Shown here: positions 27,624 to 41,675 of the stretch, one piece after another
Layout of the letters: each line of letters begins with the position of its first letter
Position numbering within the stretch: the first letter of the stretch is position 1
NCBI GenBank assembly: GCA_964016885.1
Contig: OZ024747.1
Location: forward strand, 53,816,001-53,880,000
Origin: Eledone cirrhosa
Taxonomy: Eukaryota
Direction: 5' to 3'
DNA: 64,000 nt
Program-made: the position numbers and the translations under genes
Notes under the pieces: model-generated
The model's input: only the letters and a program-made list of their open reading frames with translations
The model's database searches: none
Told to the model about the DNA's origin: nothing

Positions 27624-29750
27624 GGGCGGTGAATTGGCAGTATCGGTAGAGGGTCGGGCACCATGCTTTGATGTTTGGAGTTACGGCCCTTGCCATTCTG
27701 AGTTCAAATCCCGCCGAGGTTAACTTTGCCTTTCATCCTTACGGGGGTCGATAAAATAAAGTACCAGTAATGTACTGGGTAATTGCTGGCCTTGTGCCAA
27801 TAGTAGAAACAATTAATATAATAAGAAGCAGTGAGTTACGACCCTTTATGTTCTGAGTTCAAACCCAACAAGGTTAGATTTGCCTTTCATCCTTACGGGG
27901 TTGATAAAGTAAAGCACCAGTAATACACTGGGGTAATTGCTGGCCTTCGGTCAAAAGTAGAAACATTATTATTATTATTTTGGCAGTATCGGTAGAGGGT
28001 CGGATGCCATGCTTTGACGCATAGAGTTACGGCCCTTGCCATTCTGAGTTCAAATCCTGCCGAGGTTAACTTTGCCTTTCATGCTTACGGGGTCGATAAA
28101 ATAAAGTACCAGTAATGTACTGGGTAATTGCTGGCCTTGTGCTAATAGTAGAAACAATTATTATTATTTGTTTGTTTTTTTCCTATTTAATTTCTATATG
28201 AACTCCTACACTTCATATAAGTTGTCTTTGTAGTGCCCTCTTTCATCTTATGCCCCTCTTGCAAATAAATAGACACATTATTATTATTAATATTTGGATT
28301 GACAGAGTTTGTAGAATGTTGGACATTTGGCATAGAGTTATAGCCCTGTATGTTCTGAGTTCAAATCCTGTTGATGTCAACTTTGCCTTTCGTCCTTACA
28401 GCGTGGATAAAATTAAGTGCTAATCACGTACTGGAATCGATTTGATCAACTTTTCCCTCCCCAAAATTGCAGGCCTTGTGTCTAAAGCAGAACCAGTAAT
28501 GCACTGGGTAATTGCTGGCCTTGTGCCTAAAGTAGAAACAATTATTAAAATCAGCAACCATTATAATTATTTCCCGCCGAGGTTAACTTTGCCTTTCATC
28601 CTTATGGGGTTGATAAAATAAAGTACCAGTAATACACTGGGTAATTGCTGGCCTTGTGCCTAAAGTAGAAACAATTATTAAAATCAGCAACCATTATAAT
28701 TATTTCCCGCCGAGGTTAACTTTGCCTTTCATCCTTATGGGGTTGATAAAATAAAGTACCAGTAATACACTGGTAATTGCTGGCCTTGTGCCTAAAGTAG
28801 AAACAATTATTATTATTATTATTAGTGTGAATTGGCAGTATCGGTAGAGGGTTGGACGCCATGCTTTCTAGCATAGTTATGTCCCTTTACGGTCTAAGTT
28901 CAAATCCCGCCGAGGTTAACTTTGCCTTTCCTCCTTAAGGGGTCGATAAAATAAAGTACCAGTAATACACTGGGTAATTGCTGGCCTTGTGCCAAAAGCA
29001 GAAACAATTATTAGTGCTGTTGATTGGCAGAATCGGTAAAGAATTGGATAAAATGCTTTGTGGCATATTTTTATTCTGCTTTCCTTTCTGAGTTCAAATC
29101 CCACTTAGCCTTTCATCCTTATGGGGTTGATGAAATAAAGTACTAGTAATGTACTGGGGTTAATTTTTTCGACTTTCTCATTCCCCCAAATTGTTGGCCT
29201 TGTGCCTAAATCAGGAACCGTTATTAGTGCTGTTGTTGTTATTATCATTATACTATGTTAGTGAACTGACAAAACTGTTGGAGTGTCAACTGAAATGCTT
29301 CATATTATTGGTTTTAGTTTTAAGGTGGTGGATTGGCAAAATTATTATAGCAGTGTGGTATCTAGAAACCATTATGCGGTGGATTGGCAGTATCGGTAGA
29401 GGTTCGGACGCCATGCCATTCTGAGTTCAAATCCCGCCGAGGTTAACTTTGCCTTTCATCCTTACGGGGTCGATAAAATAAAGTACCAGTAATGTACTGG
29501 GTAATTTTCTGGCCTTGTGCCAATAGTAGAAACAATTATTGTTATTACCTATGTAATAACAGGCAGTGGATGGGTAGTATCGGTAGAGGGTCGGACGCCA
29601 TGCTTTGACGCAAAGAGTTACGGCCCTTTCCATTCTGAGTTCAAATCCCGCCGAGGTTAACTTTGTCTTACGGGGTTGATAAAATAAAATACCAGTAATA
29701 CACTGGGTAATTGCTGGCCTTGTGCCAAATGTAGAAACAATTATTGTTAT
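27624..29750 (+). mobile_element. Head-to-tail cluster of about 10 family A SINEs
   Basis: Repeated A/B boxes, core and tail, all in the same orientation and separated by (att)-rich tails. Confidence 0.92.
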
Positions 29751-29754
29751 TACC

Positions 29755-30630
29755 TATGGTGGTTTGACCTGAAAAGAGTGATTAGAATAGTATCAATAAG
29801 GTTTAGTAAAGGATTATTAATAGAGAAAATTAGACTAGAGGGAGGGCTATCAGAAAGATAGAAGTGGCATTTAGTTAAAACAATGTGACAGATGTGCTTT
29901 TGACATGATTGGCTCTTCAATAATTCTTTAATGCAAAATACAAAGGGTGCATTGTCAGAGCTAGGGTATGCTCTTAGACATGATGGGATGAAAGCCATTC
30001 AATGGGCCTGAGAGGTGGAGGCACAGGCTGGTAACAAAGCCACAATCCAGTCTTTGGCAGACCATGATGGGCACATGTTATTTGGTTCCAAGCAAATGTA
30101 TGTAGCTTTTCAGCTACACTTCATTCAACTGTTTGGGAACTAGAGTGGACCAGATCACATGATGGACTACAGGGCTGAACTGAACATTTTGTAAAGCTGA
30201 TAATAGCTGCTGAAATATGGGAGACATTGACTAACTGCATGTGGGGTAAGTGGCCTGGTTTAGATGGTCTACTCTACAAGCTTTATGCTTGCATATCAGA
30301 CTTGTTTGGTAACCTCTAGGCAGACATCTACTGCTACTGGCAGCAGAATAGGATTAATCCCAGTTCTGTGAGCCAGCGAATGTATGTGTTGCTGAGAAAT
30401 ATCCCAAACAAGGAGCACTATATTGATAATTTAAGGCCCATGACTCTGCTAAATGCAGAGTTTAAAATTTTGGACAATGTGTTAGCAACAAGGTTGGAAC
30501 TTATCATAGTTGGTCTGGTAGGATATTCACAAACATGTGCCATGCCAAACAGATCCATCCATTGCGACCTCCACTGCATGTGATGCATCATAGAGAGGGA
30601 GGCTACAGAATCTTGTATGAGTGGGGCCTC
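29755..30630 (+). mobile_element. Second decayed L1/Tx1 fragment
   Basis: LRPMTLLNAEFKIL..QTCA...RSIH, homologous to about 10940-11790. Confidence 0.85.
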
Positions 30631-32912
30631 ACGCAGGTTTCATAGCCTAAATGGGTGTGTGACCATGGATAACATATAGTGTTGCAATAGAAGAGGCCCA
30701 AAACCTACAGAGTTGTTTCTCTGCCTCATAAGATATCGATCCTTGCATTTAAAGCTGCATCCTCAATACAGAGTTTCATTGGTGTGTAGTACAACAGCAC
30801 TGTGAACACACAGGTGTTTATGATAAGTGTTAGAAAGAAGTTATGATGAAGGACAAAAGACTTTTGGAAATAACTGAAACCATACAAGTAATAGTATTCT
30901 AATAATTCATTATATTTTTTACAATTTTATCAGATTATTAAAGTTATTATATTTGATGAGAAGAAACACTAATGTGTTTAAATTTCTATTGACTGAAATG
31001 AAAAGATGAAAAGGTGTTGTATTCTAGTGGAAGAGGTGGCTGAGAGATATTCACAAAGACAAACAAACACATATAAACACATGTGCACATATACACATAC
31101 ACATACACATAAACGCACGTGCACACACAAACACACATACACATAGCACATGTTCACACTCAAATATACATACAGGTGTAAACACACATGTGCACAGACA
31201 AATACACATGCACATATAAACACACATGTACACATAACGTGTGCACAAACACATACACATATAAACACACAAGCACACACACATGCACATACATCACACA
31301 TGCACACACACACACACACATACACATATAAATACACATGTGCACATGCACAAATACACATACACATGTAAACACACAAATATGCATACACATATATACA
31401 CATGTGCACACACACATATATACATATATTTATATATGACAAGCTTCATACAGTTTTTGTCTACCAAATTCACCACATCACTTCTTCCATACACCTTGAA
31501 TAATCCGTCTCCTTCAAATTGGCTCTTAAACTGCATCATCTCTTAGTTTACAGAACTTTGATTCCTACTAATGCCCAATTCAAAACTTTCTCTTCCTCCC
31601 ACACAATTGCAAAACTTGCTTTGTATATCCACTACCTTCCCACCCACCTTGGACCCAACCAGCTTCCTCGCTATATCATTGACCATTTTACCTATACCAC
31701 TGGAAATATTTTCCTTTCATTAAATGCTGTTTCTGTGATCCACTAACCATTGGAGAGACTGTCTATAGGTTACTAAATCATTTCAATTAACATCAAAGAG
31801 ACATCCACTTAAATAATACCCCACCATATGTTGCCTAATACTTTAGTTCACCTGTTCACACCATTTCCCACCTCTCAATTTACTGTGTTTTTACAGGATT
31901 GCTTTCCAACTTCTTGCTATCATCATCATCATTGTTTTATTTTCTATGTTCACATGGGTTATCCCACAAAGACACAGGGCAAGTCAGGAGACCATGCCTT
32001 GCTAATAGAGATCTGTATTTTGGCTTGATTTCTATAACTGGATGCCCTTTCTAATACTAGCCACTTTACTGTGGACTGGGTGCTTCTTATAATGACACCC
32101 AAATGACCACCTAACATGGTGGGCGGGGTGGTTTTTGTTGTGTCTGATTTTTTGAGCCTTGAATGCTGTTCCCTTTGGTATGAGCAGTTTAGTGACATTA
32201 ATCTCACTACACCTTAACATACCCTCATTAGGAAACCTACCTTAACACCTCCCTTCATTTCACACCATACACACCACTATACATATATACGGCTCATAGA
32301 CCACACACACACCAAGCCTCCACATCCATACGTCCACATTGACTGAATATATTACATTCATACACATATATACACAAACATACCTGAAACTTTCACACAT
32401 ACTCATAACTATATATCACACAAATACACACATAAAACTCTACTGTTGCTTAAAAAAGTAACTTCTACATTTCTACACATAAAGGTCACCTCCCGTTTCT
32501 CTTTCTTCCTCACCCTTCTCTCTTTCTCAGTCCCCCCTCTCTCCCTACCAGTTTATACTACCATCTAATTCATTATTCCTGCCCACTCTTCTATCTTCTC
32601 TATCTTCTCTTATTGCTATCTTCTTTATTTATCCTCTTCTGCTCTCAAAGTCAAGATGAAGTCATTTGAAATATTTGTTTTTCAACTTATCTTTCTAAAA
32701 TTTCCTTATTTCATTCATATCTCTTTCTACTCTTACTCTTTTTCAATGAAGAATTTACCCAGAAACATCAGATCCTCTTCTCGTCTTCTAATTTGGTATA
32801 AATATTTGTATTGTACAAACACTGTTTATAATTTTGTGCATATTTTTAGCCTCTATCTCCCTTATTTTTCATGTTTTGTTGTGTTGGTTGGTCTCTTGTT
32901 TTATTTGTGTTG

Positions 32913-34070
32913 ATAAGAGTTATAGTACAACTGATCAGGGACTGAGTTAACCTAGATGAGATGCAGTTTGGATTTGTGCCAGATCAAAGTACCACAGATG
33001 CTCTCATCTTTGTGAAGCAACTTCAAGATAAGTACCTAGCTATAAGAGTTATAGTACAACTGATCAGGGACTGAGTTAACTTAAATGAGATGCAGTTTGG
33101 ATTTGTGCCAGATCAAAGTACCACAGATGCCCTCTTTTTTGTGAGGTAACTGCAGGAGAAGTACTTAATTGATAGTAACCCCACCACCCAAACTTGTCAT
33201 TTGTTGATCTGGAGAAAGCTTTTGATAGAGTCAACTGTTCCATTATCTGATGGGTCCTTAGAAAACTAGAGTAGATGTGAGGGCAGTGCAAGCCATGTAT
33301 AGAGGAATAGTAAAAAAGATTAGAATTAATAACGATAATAGTGACAAATTTAGTGTGTGGGTAGGAGTCAACCAGGGGAACATTCTTAGTCCTCTCCTGT
33401 TTATTATCATCCTGCTGGCTATAACAGGAGAGTTTAAAACTGACTTCCTATGGAATTTTTTGTCAGCAGATGAGCTAACACTTACAACCGAATCAATGGC
33501 AGAATTAGAGATGAAATTCTGAATCTGGAAGCATGGTGTAGAATCTAAAGGTCTTAAACTCAACTGGCAAATACCAAAGTCTTAGTATGTAGAAAATCAG
33601 GAAAATTGCCTTGCTCAAGGTGCAGGAAAGGAGTAGGTAGAAATTCCATCCTATGTCCAAAATGCAAAATATGGGTACACGAGAGATGTGGTGGGATTTC
33701 AGGTAGGCTAGGAAAGCAATAGTTGTAGGTAGGCTAGGAAAGGAGTAGAAGTAGTTGATTGTTTCTGTTACCTGGGCAACCAAATTAGCAGTGGAGGTGG
33801 ATGTTTCAAAAGTACAGAAGCCAGAGTGCGAATAGGTTGGAGAAAGCTCAGAGAGCTACTACTGTTGCTAACTATAAAAAGGTTTTTCTCTCAAAATGAA
33901 GGGCAGATTGTATTATGCATGTATATGAACAGAAATATTGCTTCGTAGTGTGACCTGGACGCTGTGTGCAGAGGACCTGCAATGTTTGGAAAGAAACGAA
34001 GCTGGCATGCTTCGATGCATGTGTGATAGTAATATACCTGAATCACAAAGCATAAATGAAATGAGAAATT
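32913..34070 (+). mobile_element. Decayed RTE LINE RT region
   Basis: QFGFVP..STTDA, FVDLEKAFDRV, GVNQG.ILSPLLF, ADE; homologous to 41676-42840; 129-bp 5' duplication. Confidence 0.88.
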
Positions 34071-35010
34071 AACTTGTATGCACTACCTTTTCCTTCCACT
34101 TCCATACACCTCTCATGTCATAACACTCCACCCAAGTCCTAATACTGTGCCACAAAAGGTAAATGTAGTGAGGGACTGGAAACAATAGTGTTGGTGTTAA
34201 AACAAATATAATATTAAGTCTGAGATAATCCTTCTGGTTAGATGAGCGTGTGACAATGCTCTCTTATGTTGGTGCCACAATAAAATGCATCCACTACACT
34301 CTGTAAAGTTCAAGTGTTGTTACCAATGAAACACTCACACAACCCACTCTGTAAAATACTAGTTGTAGTGCCATGAATAAGGCATGCAGGAACCCTTGTA
34401 AGATAGTTGGTGTTATGAAGAGTATCCAGCCATAGAAACCAAGTAAAATATTAAACATAGGATCAAGATGTGATCACGTAACTAGTCTAGCCTCAGAACA
34501 TGACAATCTATATAACCCATGCCAGCATAAAAACGAGAATGATGATGATGATGAAGATGATGATGATGTTGTTATTATTATAATTTATACATTTATCAAT
34601 ATATTTATCTTTTTATCTATCTGCCTATTTATTTATTTGCTGCACTATTTTTTACTTGAAATCAGATCATATTCAGTTTGCCTCAGAACATTTTCAATGA
34701 AACTTCAATATAATACGAAAAAATTATATTTTTTTCTTCTTTATTATTTAACAGAGAAAAAAATGTTTTTCTACACTCCCCCTCCCTCATCCCACTCTCA
34801 TCCATCCCTCTCACTCTCTCTTTCGCTCACTCTCTCCCATTCTTTTCCTACTCTCACACCTCACCTAATACTGTACTATTTTTTTTTACATTACATTTAT
34901 ACTTTCTTGTATTGCATTCCGTGAAGAATATCACATTTTCTTTATGAAATATATATATATGTAAATCTATATATACACACACATCCATAAATATATATGT
35001 ATATATAAAT

Positions 35011-35079
<69 letters not shown>

Positions 35080-35423
35080 TTTATATATACATACATATAT
35101 AAATATACATATATACAAACACACACACACACATATATATACACACACACATACATATATATACATATACATATATAAACACACACAACTTAGTCTACTG
35201 GCATTTTTTTCTAATCTATATTTCTTTAAATATTTCATTGCTTAACAACTTTTTCTCTCCTTTTCCACCCTTACAAGTCCCTTCTTCATCTCATGTTAAT
35301 CTTCAAAAATGTTCCAAAGTAAAAAAACTCAATTATATTAAATAAAAAATATATATTCAGAAATACAACAACGACGATCTTATTAATCAAAGCTGTATCT
35401 GTAGTAACAGTGGTGATATTTCA

Positions 35424-35483
<60 letters not shown>

Positions 35484-35584
35484 GCTGCTACTGCTACTAC
35501 TACTACTTCTACTTCTACTACTACATATATATCATAAGACCAGCTACAACATAGAGAACAGCAATGACTACAAGAACTTTATTA

Positions 35585-35632
<48 letters not shown>

Positions 35633-36153
35633 CATAATAATAATGAAAACTTTATTATCATTTATATTATTTTTTATTATGAAAAATAATGAAGTAAAAC
35701 GTAATTCAAATAATAATAGTGAATATGATAACAAAAACAACAATATCAATAATAAAAATTATAATATTGTTAATAATAATAATAATAATAACAATAACAA
35801 TAACAACAACAACAACAATGATTACAACAATAACAATAATAGCTTGCATTGAGTACTATACAGACAGTTATCACATTTTATGGAAAAGATAATGGTGGTG
35901 GGTTTTGTTAAAGGTGGGGAGACCCAAAACATTAAAAAAAGAGCAAAAAATATAGAAATTATTAAAAATTAATATAATGTAATGTAATATAGTGTGGAAA
36001 ATTGTTCTTGAAATTTGAACAGAATAAATCTTTTTCGTTTCTTCATTGCTTTCCAGAAAATTACTTTGAAATATAATATGTATATATACATATATTCATA
36101 CTTACACACACATATGTGTGTGCGTGTATATATAAATATATATATATATATAT

Positions 36154-36526
36154 ATGGCTTAGTGGTTAGAGCATTGGGCTTGCAATTGAAAGGTTGTGAG
36201 TTCAATTCTCAGACCGGGTGATGTGTTGTTTCCTTGAGCAAGACACTTTACATCACATTGCTCCAGTTTACTCAGCTGTAGAAATGAGATGATAGGGACT
36301 GGGGTTCCTATCATTCCACTGCAAAGTGGTCGTGGAGGTGCCACGGCAAAAAAGCACCCAGCCCACACTGTAAAGTGGACGTGTAAGCGCCACGGAAAAA
36401 AAGCACCCAGCACTTACTGTAAATGAGGTTGGTGTTAGGAAGGGCATCCAGCTGTAGAAATCAAGCCAGAATCAGTTCCCGTCCCACCCTTGCAAGCAGG
36501 GAAAAGCGGACGTAAAATGATGATGA

Positions 36527-36530
<4 letters not shown>
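36154..36530 (+). mobile_element. Family B SINE
   Basis: tggcttagtggttagag...gagttcaattc, tccttgagcaagacact core, tail cccacccttgcaagcagggaaaagcggacgtaaaa(tga)n. Confidence 0.9.
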
Positions 36531-36575
<45 letters not shown>

Positions 36576-36577
<2 letters not shown>

Positions 36578-36770
36578 GGAACCAGTAAGACCCCGACAGC
36601 TGAGCTCAAGCCGTTTCGACGGCTAATTCTGGACCAGAATTAGCCGTCGAAACGGCTTGAGCTCAGCTGTCGGGGTCTTACTGGTTCCTATTACCCACTC
36701 TACTACCTCAAGTATTGAGTACTTTGGTGCGTTATGGTCCACCTGGTTCCTTACCACATTTCCTTTGTTA
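36576..36770 (+). mobile_element. pLTR-like fragment with a perfect 57-bp-arm hairpin (36576-36690)
   Basis: Perfect inverted repeat with a 1-nt apex at 36633, GAAA at 36649, tail similar to the minus strand of 57110-57215; TA-flanked. Confidence 0.7.
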
Positions 36771-37146
36771 TATATATATTTATATATACACACATATACA
36801 TGTGTACAGATATAGGTATGTACACCCCCAACACACACATATATATATATGTGAGTGTATGTGTGTATACATATGTATATATATAATATAATGTATATAT
36901 CTATATATATATGGATTTATATCTCTCTATATATTTTCCATGCTAGCAAGGTTTGAACAGGTCTTCACAAAATGGATCATAATCTAACTTGGCCAGTGAC
37001 CTCTTAGATGGGCTGTGAGGGCCACATCTGGCTTTCATATGCTTTAACAAGTGTATTTTATCCTGAGATCAGCATGTGTGTCATTTCTTTAACACAACTG
37101 AAGGTTCTTCATTTATATGAATATATGTATGTCATATGTGCATGGT

Positions 37147-37203
<57 letters not shown>

Positions 37204-37204
37204 G

Positions 37205-37541
37205 TAAAGGGTAAGGACACCCTTTATTCACCAATGACCAGGGGATTTGCACCTAGAAAGTTGCTCTGCAAAGCACAAGTCCAGGCCAGGTTGTTTGGAG
37301 AAGACCAGCAATCGCTCATGCACACCAGCCTCCCCTCTCCACACCACCGATGTTGTTCAAGGGAAAGGCAATGGCCGAAACAGCTCAGTACCAGTGACAT
37401 CACAACTCATTTCTATAGCTGAGTGAACTGGAGCAATGTGAAATAAAGTGTCTTGCTCAAGGATACAACGCAAAGTTTGGTCTGAGAATTGAACTCATAA
37501 ACTCATGATTATAAGTCCAATATTCTAACCACTAAGCCATA
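37205..37541 (-). mobile_element. tRNA SINE sharing the family B head/core with a different 3' part
   Basis: ctggagcaatgtgaaataaagtgtcttgctcaagga...ctaaccactaagcca. Confidence 0.75.
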
Positions 37542-37739
37542 CACCATCACACCCACACACCCACCTATACATATCATCATCATCATCATCACCATTTAAC
37601 GCCCACTTTTGCATGCTGGCATGGGTTAGAGGAGTTATTCTGTTGTGAGCAATGCCAGGTAGGTGACCATATCTTGCTCGTACAGAACTGATTTGGGCTT
37701 GGTTTCTACAGCTGGATGACCTTTCTAGCACCAGCCTCA

Positions 37740-38370
37740 TTTACAGTGAGTACTGGGTGCTTTTTGTCATGACACCACTTTACAATGTGGACTGGGTGCT
37801 TTTTGTTGTGACACCTACATGACCACTTTACAATGTGGACTGGGTGCTTTTTGTTGTGAAACCTACGTGTCCACTTTACAATGTGGACTGGGTACTTTTT
37901 GTTGTGACACCTACATGACCACTTTACAATGTGGACTGGGTACTTTTTGTTGTGACACCTATGTGTCCACTTTACAATGTGGACTGGGTGCTTTTTGTTG
38001 TGACATCTACGTGCCAACTTTACAATGTGTACTGGGTGCTTTTTGTTGTGAAACCTACGTGTCCACTTTACAATGTGGACTGGGTACTTTTTGTTGTGAC
38101 ACCTACATGACCACTTTACAATGTGGACTGGGTGCTTTTTGTTGTGAAACCTACGTGTCCACTTTACAATGTGGACTGGGTGCTTTTTGTTGTGACATCT
38201 ACGTGCCAACTTTACAATGTGTACTGGGTGCTTTTTGTTGTGACACCTACACATGCACTTTAAAGTGTGGGATGAGCGCTTTTTGCTGTCATCATGATGA
38301 CCACTTTACAGTGTGGGCTGGGCGCTTTTTGTTGTGTCATCATCACAACCACTTTACTGTGTGGGCTGGA
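37740..38370. repeat. 41-bp minisatellite inside a SINE/RTE-related segment
   Basis: Unit ccactttacaatgtggactgggtgctttttgttgtgacacctacatga-like, about 14 copies. Confidence 0.92.
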
Positions 38371-38613
38371 GGCTTCACTATATATATATATATATACACA
38401 CAAAACTTTAAGAAAATTTTGACTTTTATATGCTCTGATACCTGAACTATACTTAATCATCCAGTCTTTTGCTCCTGAAGAACAGGGGATGGTAAAGTGC
38501 ATCAAGCTTCTCTCATCTTACCAATGAAGATAGTAAAGTACTACACTATAACCTCATATAATATATATATATATATATCTCAAAACAATGATTTCAGAAA
38601 TTATATATATATA

Positions 38614-38960
38614 TGGAGGCACATGGCTTAGTGGTTAGAGCATTGGCCTTGCAATCGAAAGGTTGTGAGTTCAATTCTCAGACCGGGTGATGTGTTGTTT
38701 CCTTGAGCAAGACACTTTATTTCACATTGCTCCAGTTTACTCAGCTGCAGAAATGAGATGATAGGGACTGGGGTCCCTATCATTCCACTGTAAAGTGGTT
38801 GTGGAGGTGCCACGGCAAAAAAAAGCACCCAGCACTCACTCTAAATGAGGTTGGTGTTAGGAAGGGCATCCAGCTGTAGAAATCAAGCCAGAATCAGTTC
38901 CCGTCCCACCCTTGCAAGCAGGGAAAAGGCGGACGTAAAATGAAATGATGATGATGATGA
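38614..38960 (+). mobile_element. Family B SINE, full length
   Basis: Same head, core, internal hairpin gatagggactggggtccctatc and (gat)n tail. Confidence 0.92.
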
Positions 38961-39269
38961 TATATATATACACACACACACATACACATGTGTGTTCTTT
39001 GAATTCCACTGCTAATAATTTCTAAAATCATTGTTTTGAGATGCCATTTTTATCAAAACTTGATAGTGAACACTATCAATAATATATTATCAGAAGATGG
39101 CAGACAGCAATTTCTTGTGGTTTGGGTTAGCCAAAAAGTTTACCTTGTTTCTTGACACAATAAAACAATTTGTAGTCACTTATGATATGATGTAACGTTA
39201 CACAACACAACACCCCAACACACAGCGCAACTACATCACTCCACACTAGACTACACAACACAAGACAGC

Positions 39270-40090
39270 ACCACCACAGTATACCACCACACACCACTAC
39301 ACTACACCACTCCACACCACATCACCCACTGCTACATGACAACACAATACAGCAATAGCACAAGACACCACAACACACCACACCACAATATGCTACACAC
39401 CACCACACCACACTACACCACATCACACACTGCTACATGACAACACAATACAGCAATAGCACAAGACACCACAACACACCACAATATGCTACACACCACC
39501 ACTCCATACCACATCACACACTGCTACATGACAACACAATACAGCAATAGCATAAGACATCACAACACACCACACCACCACACTACACCACTCCACACCA
39601 CATCACACACTGCTACATGACAACACAATACAGCAATAGCACAAGACACCACAACACACCACAATATGCTACACACCACCACTCCATACCACATCACACA
39701 CTGCTACATGACAACACAATACAGCAATAGCACAAGACACCACAACACACCACACCACACCACAATATGCTACACACCACCACACTACACTACACCACTC
39801 CACACCACATCACACACTACTACATGACAACACAATACAGCAATAGCACAAGACACCACAACGCACCACCACAATATGCTACACACCACCACACTACACT
39901 ACACCACTCCACACCACATCACACACTTCTACATGACAACACAATACAGCAATAGCACAAGACACCACAAGACACCACCACACTACACTACAGCACTCCA
40001 CACCACATCACACACTGCTACATGACAACACAATACAGCAATAGCACAACACACCACAACACACCACACTACACCACACCACACCACACT
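39270..40090. repeat. CAC-rich tandem repeat of about 90-125 bp
   Basis: ctgctacatgacaacacaatacagcaatagcacaagacacc recurs 8 times. Confidence 0.9.
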
Positions 40091-40359
40091 ACAAAACAGC
40101 ACATCTCTCTCCACCACAAAACACCTCACCAAACTTCATACCAGTATACCACCCCACCCTACCATACCACACCTCGCTACACTGCACCACAACACAATGC
40201 AGCACCATCCCAACCCACCACACCACAACTACCTCCACTCCTCCCCTCCACCAACTACCCCACTCCTGCCTCCATTCAAATCCTTTCTAGGTTTGTATGT
40301 GGCACAATTTGATGTTATTCCACTTATTTGATATTGTTAAAATTGACATGTTAATTAAT

Positions 40360-41105
40360 TGTGCACTCAATGCACATTGCTCAGTGCACTCATTGCTCTG
40401 TGCACTCATTTCTCTGTGCACTCATTGCTCTAAGTACCCAGTACTCAGTGCACTCATTGCTCTGTGCACTCATTGCTCTGTGCACTCATTGCTCTATGTA
40501 CCCAGTACTCAGTGCACTCATTGCTCTGTGCACTCATTGCTCTATGTACCCAGTACTCAGTGCACTCATTGCTCTGTGCACTCATTGCTCTGTGCACTCA
40601 TTGCTCTGTGCACTCATTGCTCTATGTACCCAGTACTCAGTGCACATATTGCTCTGTGCACCAGTGCTCAGTGCACTCATTGCTCTATGTAGCCAGTGCT
40701 CAGTGCACTCATTGCTCTATGTACCCAGTGCTTAGTGCACTCATTGCTCTATGTACCCAGTGCTCTGTGCACCAGTGCTCAGTGCACTCATTGCTCTATG
40801 TACCCAGTGCTCAGTGCACTCAGTGCTCTGTGCACCAGTGCTCAGTGCACTCACTGCTCTATGTACCCAGTACTCAGTGCACATATTGCTCTGTGCACCA
40901 GTGCTCAGTGCACTCATTGCTCTATGTACCCAGTGCTCAGTGCACTCATTGCTCTATGTACCCAGTGCTCAGTGCACTCAGTGATCTGTGCACCAGTGCT
41001 CAGTGCACTCATTGCTCTATGTACCCAGTGCTCAGTGCACTCATTGCTCTATGTGCCCAGTACTCAGTGCACTCAGTGCTCTGTGCCGCCAGTGCTCAGT
41101 GCATT
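40360..41105. repeat. Modular GTGCAC/GTAC minisatellite
   Basis: Interleaved modules gtgcactcattgctct and gtacccagtgctca. Confidence 0.92.
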
Positions 41106-41373
41106 TAGTGGAGTGAGAAAACAGAGGAGAGGCGGGAGTGAGTTTAAATAAAACATGTTTGAAAGGGGAAGGGGCATTAATAAAAGAAAGGAAAAATGTT
41201 TCATTTTTTATTCTTTTAAAATGTTAATGTCGTTGTTGCTAATTGTGTATGTGTGTTTTTAGTATGTGTTTGTATGTGAGTGTGCTTATGTGTATATGTG
41301 TGTATGTATGTGTTTCTGTTTTGTATGCTTGTGTATGTATGTAAATATATGAGTATATGTAAGTGCATGTGTA

Positions 41374-41650
41374 TCATCATCATCATCATCACCGTTTTAC
41401 GTCCGTTCTTCCACGCTAGCATGGGTTAGACGGGTTGTCCTGTTGTGGGCAGTGTCTGGTCGGCTGACCATGCCTTGCTCATACAGGAACTGATTTGGCT
41501 TGATTTCTACAGCTGGATGCCCTTCCTAACACCAACCTCATTTACAGTGAGTGCTGGGTGCTTTTTCGTGGCGCCTACACGTCCACTTTACAGTATGGGC
41601 TGGGTGCTTTTTTGCCATGGCACCTCCACGACCACCTTGCAGTGGGAGGG
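41374..41650 (-). mobile_element. RTE-related non-coding module with (gat)n tail (LINE UTR or SINE 3' part)
   Basis: Shares ttaggaagggcatccagctgtagaaatcaagcca and the aaaagcacccag module with the family B SINE, but has a different terminal tail (aacccatgctagc..). Confidence 0.75.
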
Positions 41651-41675
41651 TGTGGGGGCATATTGTCTATATGCT

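Noticed and set aside
37706-38445. CRISPR-like or repeat-protein appearance (also 26060-26530 and 40297-41151)
   Set aside because: Tandem units without unique spacers, eukaryotic context, no cas genes.
38614-38690. tRNA genes
   Set aside because: The A/B boxes are SINE heads without a full cloverleaf and run into SINE bodies.
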